Origin: Promethearchaeota archaeon
GTDB lineage: Archaea; Asgardarchaeota; Lokiarchaeia; Sigyniarchaeales; SOKP01
Length of the DNA stretch: 64,000 nucleotides
Assembly: GCA_048938005.1 (NCBI GenBank)
Contig: JBHLMQ010000010.1
Span: 1-64,000 of the forward strand
Direction: 5' to 3'
Shown: one piece after another, positions 10,824 through 24,133 of the stretch
Position numbering within the stretch: position 1 is the stretch's first letter
Layout: each line of letters opens with the position of its first letter
Program-made: the position numbers and the translations under genes
The notes under the pieces: model-generated
The model's input: only the letters and a program-made list of their open reading frames with translations
Told to the model about the DNA's origin: nothing
The model's database searches: none

Positions 10824-10866
10824 CTATTAAATTAAAAAAGAAATTACATTAAAGAAGGAAATTATT

Positions 10867-11769
10867 TTGCTAAAAGGAATTCATTTTCTATTAACTTATG
10901 CTTGTAATTATGAATGTGATCACTGTTTTTTGTATTGTAGCCACAATTCAAAAGGTACATTTACATTGGCTCAAATTAAGCAAGTTCTTAATGAGGCATT
11001 AAAGATTAATACTATTGAATGGGTTTATTTTGAAGGTGGAGAACCATTTCTTTTTTATCCAATAATGCTTGAAAGTCTTAAACTAGCAAATGAAATGGGA
11101 TTTAAAACAGGAATAGTAACCAATTCATACTGGGCAACAAGCGTTGAGGATGCCGAAATCTGGCTAAAACCCATTTCTGAATTGGGAATTTCAGATTTTA
11201 GCATAAGCGATGATACATTTCATTACGGGAATGAAGAGTTAAACTTGGCTAAAATGGCTGATAAGGCAGCAAAAAATTTGAACTTGCCTTCTTCATCAAT
11301 AACTATCGATGAGCCTACTATAGATAAAGGAATTGATAAAAATCATGAAAAGGGTGAACCTGTGATCAAGGGAGGAGCAATGTTTAGAGGTAGAGCTGTC
11401 GAAACTTTAACTAAAAACTTACCTCGAAGATCATGGCTAGAAATGAAAAAGTGTCCCTATGAAGACCTAGAAGGACTTGGTAGAGTTCATTTAGATCCAT
11501 TTGGTAATGTACATATCTGCCAAGGATTAAGCATTGGAAATTTTTGGGAGACTCCTTTCTCAAAATTGATTCAGGCTTATGATGGGAATTCACATCCTAT
11601 TTGTAGACCTCTAATTCAAGGTGGACCCGCTCAGTTAGTACGAGAATATAATATTGAACATGAAGATAAATATGTTGATGAATGCCATCTATGTTATCTT
11701 GCTAGATTAAACATAATAGATAAATTTCCACAATATCTTACTCCCAAACAAGTGTATGGCTTAGAATAA
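10867..11769 (+). CDS. Radical SAM protein
   Basis: CNYECDHC, GGEP, C-terminal CP...GNVHIC...ECHLC. Confidence 0.87.
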   Translation: MLKGIHFLLTYACNYECDHCFLYCSHNSKGTFTLAQIKQVLNEALKINTIEWVYFEGGEPFLFYPIMLESLKLANEMGFKTGIVTNSYWATSVEDAEIWLKPISELGISDFSISDDTFHYGNEELNLAKMADKAAKNLNLPSSSITIDEPTIDKGIDKNHEKGEPVIKGGAMFRGRAVETLTKNLPRRSWLEMKKCPYEDLEGLGRVHLDPFGNVHICQGLSIGNFWETPFSKLIQAYDGNSHPICRPLIQGGPAQLVREYNIEHEDKYVDECHLCYLARLNIIDKFPQYLTPKQVYGLE

Positions 11770-11880
11770 TCATTATGAATTACAATATTAATAGATTTAA
11801 AATTTCATATATCTGTTTCTAAAATTAAAAATTAATTATGTAATTAATTGCCAGAAATTTTAAATAATTTTTAAAAGAAA

Positions 11881-14833
<2,953 letters not shown>

Positions 14834-14836
14834 TAA

Positions 14837-15006
14837 ACCTCCTTTAATCTTTTTCGATTAAAATCACACTTATAGCGAACAAATCCGTGGGAAAATAACC
14901 AGAAAAAGATCATAAGGATTTGTTTCGCTCAAGATAATAATAAAACTGCGAGTAAATCAACTAAGGGTAATTCTTCCCTTATATTTATCTTTAAAGCAGT
15001 TTTATT
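14837..15006 (-). promoter_or_regulatory. Structured leuS leader with alternative helices (candidate attenuator)
   Basis: Inverted repeats 14939-14949/14996-15006, 14874-14886/14916-14929, 14840-14855/14902-14918 and 14843-14849/14856-14862. Confidence 0.65.
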
Positions 15007-15015
15007 TGAAACCAT
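14929..15015 (-). CDS. Leu-rich leader peptide upstream of leuS
   Basis: MVSNKTALKINIREELPLVDLLAVLLLS*: 8 Leu, 7 of them in the last 13 residues, including TTA-TTA-TTA before the stop. Confidence 0.65.
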   Translation of the reverse strand: MVSNKTALKINIREELPLVDLLAVLLLS

Positions 15016-15178
15016 TATTATAATGAGTATATATGTTTTTATATTAAAATATTTTTAGGTTGTTTAAAATACTAATTAGGAGAATAAGGAATAAATAGTC
15101 TTTTTTATTAAAGCATAGGAGATTTCTAAAATTTCTTACTATCTAATCATTTTTAACAAATTTCAAATTTAAGTATTT

Positions 15179-15799
15179 ATGTCAATAACTAAAAAAAATG
15201 CTGAAATCCAAGCAAAAAATATAGTAAAACAAGTTCTAGAAGAAAATGAGTTCCTATCTGAAGTATTAGAAGGGATTAAAGCTAGAGAGGATTCAATTAG
15301 ATATCCAAACGCTATTGCATTAGAGATTTTAAGTGAGAAAAATCCTGAAATTATTTATCCTAAATGGGATTTTTTTGTTGAATTACTAAAAAGCAAAAAT
15401 GCTTATCATAAATCAATCGCAATCTCCACAATTTCAAATTTAACTATAATAGATAGACAAAATAAATTTGAAGAGATTTTTGAACAATTTTTTAAGCTTA
15501 TTGATGATAAAAGTGTTATAGTTTCGAGAAAGCTAGCGATTTATGCCGGTAGAATTGTAAAATCTAAGCCAGAATTAAAAACCAAAATTACTAACGTTTT
15601 GCTTAGTATTAATGAAACTCAACATAATACAAGCCGGAAAGATTTAATTAAAGGAGATATAATTGTAAGCCTAAGTGAATATTTTGAGGAGATTAAGGAT
15701 AAAAAGAAAATTTTAGAATTTGCTAAGGCTCAATTAAGTAGTAGTAGTCCAAGTACAGTAAAAAAAGCTAGAGAATTTCTTTCAAAATGGGAAAAATAA
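15179..15799 (+). CDS. HEAT/ARM-repeat-like helical protein
   Basis: Repeated helix pairs such as IRYPNAIALEIL and LIDDKSVIVSRK. Confidence 0.6.
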   Translation: MSITKKNAEIQAKNIVKQVLEENEFLSEVLEGIKAREDSIRYPNAIALEILSEKNPEIIYPKWDFFVELLKSKNAYHKSIAISTISNLTIIDRQNKFEEIFEQFFKLIDDKSVIVSRKLAIYAGRIVKSKPELKTKITNVLLSINETQHNTSRKDLIKGDIIVSLSEYFEEIKDKKKILEFAKAQLSSSSPSTVKKAREFLSKWEK

Positions 15800-15811
15800 A
15801 CAGAACAATTT

Positions 15812-16810
15812 CTAGAATTTTTCTTCCAAGACTATCTTTAAATTTTGAATAGAATTTGGCTTAAAAGAAAATTCATTCTTACTATATGGTATGATTTTTA
15901 TTAATGGAAAAAAATTAGCTAAGTAGAGTGAAATTCCTCTGATTTCCTTATTATTAAGTAAAAACTTAATATTATCAAATTTAAAAAATCCTAACTGCCC
16001 ACTCTTTTCATGTAAAGTTCCAATCTTGGTGGATCCTAAATATATTAAGGGATTATTTTTGAAATTAAATTCTTTTTGGAAAATGATTGTACCAATTTTA
16101 TAATGAGGAATTCCACCGTCTAATATGCAATCTAAATGATTTATTCTTACTTTAATTCCATAGATTGGAAAAAACTTATGATAAAAATGTTTTGGGACAT
16201 GAGCAAGAATCATTTCTGGGTAAATGGAATTTATTTCGACTGGAATTTTTGTTAAATTAAATTTTTCAGAAGAATCGACTATATTTTCCTTCTTTTCAAT
16301 CGCTAATGAAAAATTTTTCCCTCCTCTGGCGCGAATTGCATCGTTAACAGGTCTAATTTCCAGATGTAAGTGTGGACTGGACCAATAAGCAAAATAGCCA
16401 TTGCGAATTGTCTTTCCTAATGGATCTCCAATTGCAATCTGATCACCAACTTCAATATTAGGTTTAACATGCATAATTTTCCATAAAATGTCAGAATTCG
16501 AGGAATTACTAACCAAAATCAGATAGTCAATATCAACTCCGTTCAAAAATTTCGATTTCGGCGCTTTCAATGTTTTTATCTTCAATATTTTTCCTGAAAT
16601 TGGGCTTAGTACTTCATAATTTTCTAAAGTTAGATTATGGTAAATGTCAATTGCGAGGCCATGTTGATGTGCATAATAGGGAGATGTTCCTATACTAAAA
16701 TGACTGGTCTGTGGTATTGACACTCGTAGGTCATCTATCTTAACGATGTCGTAAAATTCAGGATTTTTCATGAAAAATTTGTGAAATACTTCAGTATTAA
16801 TCAAAATCAA
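15812..16810 (-). CDS. M23-peptidase-like protein
   Basis: HxxxxD (HGLAID), VLSPISGKI, MHVKPNIEVGD and PHLHLEIR. Confidence 0.6.
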   Translation of the reverse strand: MILINTEVFHKFFMKNPEFYDIVKIDDLRVSIPQTSHFSIGTSPYYAHQHGLAIDIYHNLTLENYEVLSPISGKILKIKTLKAPKSKFLNGVDIDYLILVSNSSNSDILWKIMHVKPNIEVGDQIAIGDPLGKTIRNGYFAYWSSPHLHLEIRPVNDAIRARGGKNFSLAIEKKENIVDSSEKFNLTKIPVEINSIYPEMILAHVPKHFYHKFFPIYGIKVRINHLDCILDGGIPHYKIGTIIFQKEFNFKNNPLIYLGSTKIGTLHEKSGQLGFFKFDNIKFLLNNKEIRGISLYLANFFPLIKIIPYSKNEFSFKPNSIQNLKIVLEEKF

Positions 16811-16941
16811 TGACCAAAAACTAAAAAAATTTCTTGGAAAAATTCTCCAGAAATCCCAAAAAAGTCAAAATTTATTATCTTTGAATTCTATTTATATTTG
16901 ATTCTTTAATAATTAAAGAATTTTAATAGAAAATTGAAAAA

Positions 16942-17214
16942 TTGGTTTTAAAATTGGTAAAAGGAACAGTAAAATGGTTTAATAGCCGTAAAGGCTACGG
17001 ATTTATAAGTTCTGACGAAGGAAGCGATGTATTTGTTCATTACTCTGCATTAGCTGGTAGAGATGACGAATACAAGACTTTAAATGAAAATGATAAAGTA
17101 GAATTTGAAGTTGTTGAAGGTCAAAAAGGACCACAAGCTAGTAATGTTGTAGTGACCGAAAAGGCCCCTCCTAATCCATATAATAGAGGTAGAAGAGGAA
17201 ATCTCCGCTTTTAA
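16942..17214 (+). CDS. Cold-shock domain protein
   Basis: GTVKWFN, KGYGFI (RNP1), DVFVHYS (RNP2) and KGPQASNV. Confidence 0.95.
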   Translation: MVLKLVKGTVKWFNSRKGYGFISSDEGSDVFVHYSALAGRDDEYKTLNENDKVEFEVVEGQKGPQASNVVVTEKAPPNPYNRGRRGNLRF

Positions 17215-17312
17215 TTGACGAGTCTTTATAAATCTACAAAAAGGAATAATATAATATAAGAAATAAATAATAATTAGTAAAAATCTCTTTTTGCGATTGT
17301 TATCGAATCTTA

Positions 17313-17328
17313 TTTTTTTTTTTTTTTT
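17313..17328 (+). terminator. T16 tract, archaeal-type terminator downstream of the cold-shock gene
   Basis: Uninterrupted poly-T about 100 bp after the stop codon. Confidence 0.45.
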
Positions 17329-17474
17329 ATTTAATTTATGCTTAATCTAAATTAAATTCAATAAGATAAATAAAACTGGATTGGTCAAAGTAAAGAAACA
17401 AGAAAAAAATTTTGATAAGATTAAAATTAAGATGAATATAATCTTCATTAATAAATTAATTGACATAAATTCAA

Positions 17475-18353
17475 ATGCTTGATGAAGAATTTTATGAAAA
17501 ATTTATGGAAATCGCATTCAAGGAAGCAAAATTATCTTTAAAAGAGGGTAATAAAGGTTTTGGTGCGGTAATTATAAAAAATCATAAAGTTATAGCCCAA
17601 TCACATGATACTGAAATTACAGAAAATGACCCAACTGCTCATGCTGAAATTAATGTAATAAAAAAAGCCTCAAAAAATTTTGGTAGAGAATTACAGAATT
17701 GTATCTTGTTATCTACACATGAACCCTGTCCAATGTGCATGACGGCGATAATATGGTCGAAAATTTCTGAATTGGCTTATAGTGTTGGTATTGAAGATTC
17801 TCTTAAGCAAGGAAGAAATATGATAAATATACGATGTAAAGAAATCAAACTTCGTTCAAAAGCAAATATTTCAATAAAAGAAGGAACTTTAAAACAAAAG
17901 TGTTTGATACTTTATGATACAAAGATAAGAGAATATATTAAACAATTTAGAACTGGTACATCACAGGATTGGAAAAATTATGAGACAGAACTTATGAAAA
18001 AAAGAAAAAAATGGTTTCTTGAGAATCAATCTCAAATAGATAAACTAAGAGGAAGCGACGTCGAAAAGGCATACAAAATTCTCATTATGAAATTAGAAAT
18101 AAATGAAGAAGAGGCTCCAATTATCGAAAAATCCAATATAAAATTAGTTTTTCATTCAAAAAATTCTTGTCCCTCTCTTGAAGCTTGTAAACTTTTAGAT
18201 TTGGATACAAGAATAATTTGCAAGGAATTTTTTGAAAGACCAACGGAAGAATTTATTAAATTATTAAATCCAAAATTGCGGTTTTCAAGAAATTATAAGT
18301 TCATTAGGCCTTATGCAGACTATTGCGAAGAAATTATATCGATCGATAATTAA
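17475..18353 (+). CDS. Nucleoside/nucleobase deaminase (CDA fold) with extra C-terminal Cys-containing domain
   Basis: AHAE and EPCPMC zinc motifs. The C-terminal region has CPSLEAC...IC...YCEE. Confidence 0.82.
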   Translation: MLDEEFYEKFMEIAFKEAKLSLKEGNKGFGAVIIKNHKVIAQSHDTEITENDPTAHAEINVIKKASKNFGRELQNCILLSTHEPCPMCMTAIIWSKISELAYSVGIEDSLKQGRNMINIRCKEIKLRSKANISIKEGTLKQKCLILYDTKIREYIKQFRTGTSQDWKNYETELMKKRKKWFLENQSQIDKLRGSDVEKAYKILIMKLEINEEEAPIIEKSNIKLVFHSKNSCPSLEACKLLDLDTRIICKEFFERPTEEFIKLLNPKLRFSRNYKFIRPYADYCEEIISIDN

Positions 18354-18393
18354 AATATTTTTTTTATATAGAACTCAAGAAAAACGGGGTTTT

Positions 18394-19590
18394 CTATTCC
18401 ATACGATTCATATTTATTGGATATTTGCCGAATTTATTCAAAATCTTTCTCATTGCGAGAAAATTTTCCAATTTTACAGCGGGATTAATACTATGTCCTG
18501 ATGAAAAAATATAACCTCCACCCGGAGCGAGTTTTTGAATTAAACTTTTGGCATAAGCTTCTACTTCAGAATTTTCTCCTGTTGCTAGCATTTGTGGACT
18601 TAAATTTCCGCAAAAAGTAATTTTTTCCCTGAATTTTTCATGCAATTTGAAAATATCATATTCTGGATTCGCTGTTGTGGGTTCAATAGGGTTAATCACA
18701 TCTATTCCAGCTTTTACTAGATCTTCAAATATTGGAAAAATGTCACCACAGCTATGTAAGATTACTTTTAAATCCGCCTTATGTGCTGTTTTACAAATCC
18801 TTTGAATCCAAGGTATAACATAAGTTCTGTAATTATTAGGGCTCATGAATAATCCAGATTTATAACCATAATCATCTGTCATGTAAATTGCTCCAGTTTC
18901 TCCCCAATCAATAATCCTTTTTGTTAATTCCAATGCGAGAGTTCCGCGATCATCAAAAATGCTTTTAATTTGTTTTCTTTTAGCAATCAATTTACTAAAA
19001 TTTTCAATTCCAAAGCCCTCCCAAGTAGACTCCATTATTCCATTAATATAGGGTACCACAAAAATTTTTCCTTTTAAATTTACCTCTATCTTTTTTGAGG
19101 TTTTAAACATTCTTTCCCTTAATATACTATCAGGATCTAATGGTGGAAATTGCTGATAATCATCAAAATTCTGAAATGTACCTCCTGTATAATAAAGTAA
19201 TGACATAGAGTCTTTTGGATTCTTTTTGAATGTTATATTCCGCCCAAATTCATCAATCCAACCATCTTTTTTAAATATTAGAGGATGATGACATAGAGCT
19301 GAAGTAACCATATCATAACCTATTTTAGTATATAATTTTATCCAAGGTTCAATTGCTTTTTTGATAGCAAAATCCTTTTTGGTCATAAAATTCATGAATT
19401 TCGATAATAATTTCTCACTTCTAAAACATAAATTGTAGCAAAATTTCTGCATTTTAACAACTTCATCAATAAAGTATTTTTCTCCAAAATACTTACATAT
19501 TGGAATGTTATCAACAGATGTTTCAAATGAAGGAACACGGTCAGGTTCCTCATGTTCAATTGCCTTTATTATTCTTTCACGTGCCTGCAA
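18394..19590 (-). CDS. Uroporphyrinogen decarboxylase / MtaA-CmuA family protein
   Basis: HEEPDRVP, DDYG, LHSCG and GGGYIFSSGHSI. Confidence 0.85.
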   Translation of the reverse strand: MQARERIIKAIEHEEPDRVPSFETSVDNIPICKYFGEKYFIDEVVKMQKFCYNLCFRSEKLLSKFMNFMTKKDFAIKKAIEPWIKLYTKIGYDMVTSALCHHPLIFKKDGWIDEFGRNITFKKNPKDSMSLLYYTGGTFQNFDDYQQFPPLDPDSILRERMFKTSKKIEVNLKGKIFVVPYINGIMESTWEGFGIENFSKLIAKRKQIKSIFDDRGTLALELTKRIIDWGETGAIYMTDDYGYKSGLFMSPNNYRTYVIPWIQRICKTAHKADLKVILHSCGDIFPIFEDLVKAGIDVINPIEPTTANPEYDIFKLHEKFREKITFCGNLSPQMLATGENSEVEAYAKSLIQKLAPGGGYIFSSGHSINPAVKLENFLAMRKILNKFGKYPINMNRME

Positions 19591-19610
19591 ATTATTATCA
19601 ATATCTTAGT

Positions 19611-21059
19611 TTATTTCCAAACATTTATTCCTTTTGTTTCTAAATTCTCTAAGATTTTTATAATTGCTTTTTCTTTATCAATAGCTATTGGTGTGTTTAC
19701 AATATATAAATCTGTGAGAGATTGAAGATCTACTAATGATACGGGGATTGTGTCTATTGGATTATTATTTAACCATAATATTTTTAATGAATTAAAATTA
19801 TCAATGTTTTCAGGTAAAAATTTAATTTTATTATTACTCAAATCTAAAATTTGGAGATTTGGTATTTCAGAGATTAATTTTGGAAATTCTTCCAATTGAT
19901 TGAAACTTAATCCTAAAACTCTTAATGAAATCATATCACTTATATCTGTAGGTAAAGTTCTTAGTTGATTACCCCATATAGATAGAATTTCTAATTTATG
20001 TAATTTGGTAATTGAATCAGGTAAAATTTGAATAACGTTATGATTTAAATAGAATTCTCTAAGGTTTGAAAGATTTCCAATCTCATTTGGAAGGTTCATT
20101 AAATGATTATCACTTAAATCTAATTTTATTAGATCTTTTAAATTTCCTATTGATTCTGGGAGATAAGTTAATCTATTTTCGGTCATATAAAGATTTTTTA
20201 AGTTTTCAAAGTCTCCTATTGATGAAGGTAATATTTTTAATCCACATCGATTAAAACCAAGAATAGTAATTCTTTTATTTTCATATGAAAAACCCATATG
20301 AGTTTCTTTGTTAATATTATCAACAGGTTTTAAACGATTAAGTAAAAATGTCTTAGAATGAATAATATTCACTTTAATAATATCTAATATTGCATTGATT
20401 TCAGTATCATTAAGATTAGAACCTTGTTTTTTTTTTAATCTCTTTTTTATTTGCTCATAGAGTTTTTCCATTAATAGCTCAATTTCTTCACTATTAAAAT
20501 ACTCAAGATAATTTTCTTGAATTAAATACTGTGCAACATTCGTATAGAGATTAGTGAGTCTATCAATTATTTCATCTTTAAAAACTCGTTTTGCTATAGG
20601 ATCTCCCACATCAGTTAATTTCTTGAGAAGTGGAAAAGCTAAATTACTGTGTAGCAAACTTGTATCATATAAATTTTCAGACCATGCTTGAAGGTTAGAA
20701 GCGTGACCCCAGAATTCAACTTCAGGGTTTATTTTATTATATTTCACATCATATTCTAAAGAATGATCGAGCTTTTCACTGACATCATCAATTGACATCA
20801 AATCCTCGAAATCTTCGACATTTTCTTTGGGAATCTCGATTAATAAGTATTTACATTGGAGAAATTTCTTATTCTTAATGTAAATTACAGTTTTACCATT
20901 TTCAAGTTTCAATGTAATAAAATCGTTAATCTTGTATTTAGAAATATCTCCTTTTGTTGGTTTAATATCTTCGACTGAATATTTGATTTTAGTTCCACAT
21001 TTACGGCAATAATTGTATGTAGTTTTGTTCCTTGCGCCGCACTTAGGACAAAATAACAT
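19611..21059 (-). CDS. Zinc-ribbon plus leucine-rich repeat protein
   Basis: N-terminal CPKC...CRKC, central EFWGHASNLQAW domain, about 8-9 LxxLxLxxNxLxxLP repeats. Confidence 0.9.
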   Translation of the reverse strand: MLFCPKCGARNKTTYNYCRKCGTKIKYSVEDIKPTKGDISKYKINDFITLKLENGKTVIYIKNKKFLQCKYLLIEIPKENVEDFEDLMSIDDVSEKLDHSLEYDVKYNKINPEVEFWGHASNLQAWSENLYDTSLLHSNLAFPLLKKLTDVGDPIAKRVFKDEIIDRLTNLYTNVAQYLIQENYLEYFNSEEIELLMEKLYEQIKKRLKKKQGSNLNDTEINAILDIIKVNIIHSKTFLLNRLKPVDNINKETHMGFSYENKRITILGFNRCGLKILPSSIGDFENLKNLYMTENRLTYLPESIGNLKDLIKLDLSDNHLMNLPNEIGNLSNLREFYLNHNVIQILPDSITKLHKLEILSIWGNQLRTLPTDISDMISLRVLGLSFNQLEEFPKLISEIPNLQILDLSNNKIKFLPENIDNFNSLKILWLNNNPIDTIPVSLVDLQSLTDLYIVNTPIAIDKEKAIIKILENLETKGINVWK

Positions 21060-21120
21060 ATTTTTTTAGAATATCCTATAATTATTCTACAATTTATACA
21101 TAAAATCTTTATAATGTATT

Positions 21121-21540
21121 TTATTTGCAATTATCACATTCATAATATAAATCAATACGTTGTCCCAAAGGTTTAATTCCAATATCAGAAATGATGATAT
21201 TCCATAATTGTTTAACCTTTTCGGCTTTATAATCGTATATTTTTCCACATTTTGTACATACCATATTGATGTGTAGTCCCATATCAGGATCGTATCTAAC
21301 ACGATCTTCAGTAAATCCCAATTTTTGTACTAAGCCTAATTCTTCTAATAAATCAAGAGTTTTATAAATGGTTCCTAAACTTATAGTAGGATAATCATTC
21401 TTTAATGCTTGGTAAATCTGATCTGCAGATGGATGATCTTTTCTTGAAATTATAAAGGTATAGATTGCTAATCGCTGAGTGGTAACTTTATATCCATTTT
21501 TTCGAAAAAGAGCAAATAATTCTTGATCATCCATGAACAA
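21121..21540 (-). CDS. Fur/PerR family transcriptional regulator
   Basis: TTQRLAI, HPSADQIY, SLGTIYKTL and two CxxC motifs. Adjacent to katG. Confidence 0.92.
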   Translation of the reverse strand: MFMDDQELFALFRKNGYKVTTQRLAIYTFIISRKDHPSADQIYQALKNDYPTISLGTIYKTLDLLEELGLVQKLGFTEDRVRYDPDMGLHINMVCTKCGKIYDYKAEKVKQLWNIIISDIGIKPLGQRIDLYYECDNCK

Positions 21541-21575
21541 TCTATGTTATTGTTATTATTTTTATAAAATGATAT

Positions 21576-21591
21576 AAAAAAAAAAAAAAAA
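21576..21591 (-). terminator. T16 tract (minus strand) immediately after the katG stop
   Basis: A16 on the + strand, starting 7 bp beyond the katG stop codon. Confidence 0.5.
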
Positions 21592-21597
21592 TTTGTT

Positions 21598-23853
<2,256 letters not shown>

Positions 23854-23864
23854 TCAAATTTATA

Positions 23865-23979
23865 AGGAATCTAAATTTAATTATCAGATAGATTCCTAAA
23901 TAATAACTATTATTAGTTAGTTATAGTTTTTAAAAAATATTATGATTTTAACTTATAAAGTCAGCTTTTATAAAGCTGA
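23865..23979. promoter_or_regulatory. Cluster of palindromes upstream of katG (candidate PerR/Fur and other operators)
   Basis: AGGAATCTA-N15-TAGATTCCT (23865-23897), TAATAA-CTA-TTATTA (23901-23915) and TCAGCTTT-TAT-AAAGCTGA (23961-23979). Confidence 0.45.
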
Positions 23980-24133
23980 AGCTAATTATGGCAAGAGAAT
24001 CACAAGTGGGTTAGGATTTGAAACCCTTAGTCGCAGTTTAATGAATTTAAATTAAAATTAATTTTTTGAGAATGTTTTGATCAGCAACTACATTATTATG
24101 TATAATTTTTACGATTTCTCTCTAATTTATTTT

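Noticed and set aside
14874-14931. Hairpin directly after a UGA codon as a possible SECIS / selenocysteine readthrough signal
   Set aside because: It contains AUGA, but there is no paired upper stem or apical AA motif, and the leader has no selenoprotein-like context. The attenuator interpretation fits better.
21087-21302. 71-aa ORF (and 20909-21130) overlapping the fur and LRR genes
   Set aside because: Alternative-frame overlaps of well-supported genes, with no motifs.
24004-24036. tRNA 3'-end-like fragment on the minus strand (AGGGTTTCAAATCCTAACCCAC) as an integration scar near katG
   Set aside because: The T-arm pairing is poor, there is no matching second copy and no integrase in the window. 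It is too short to support.
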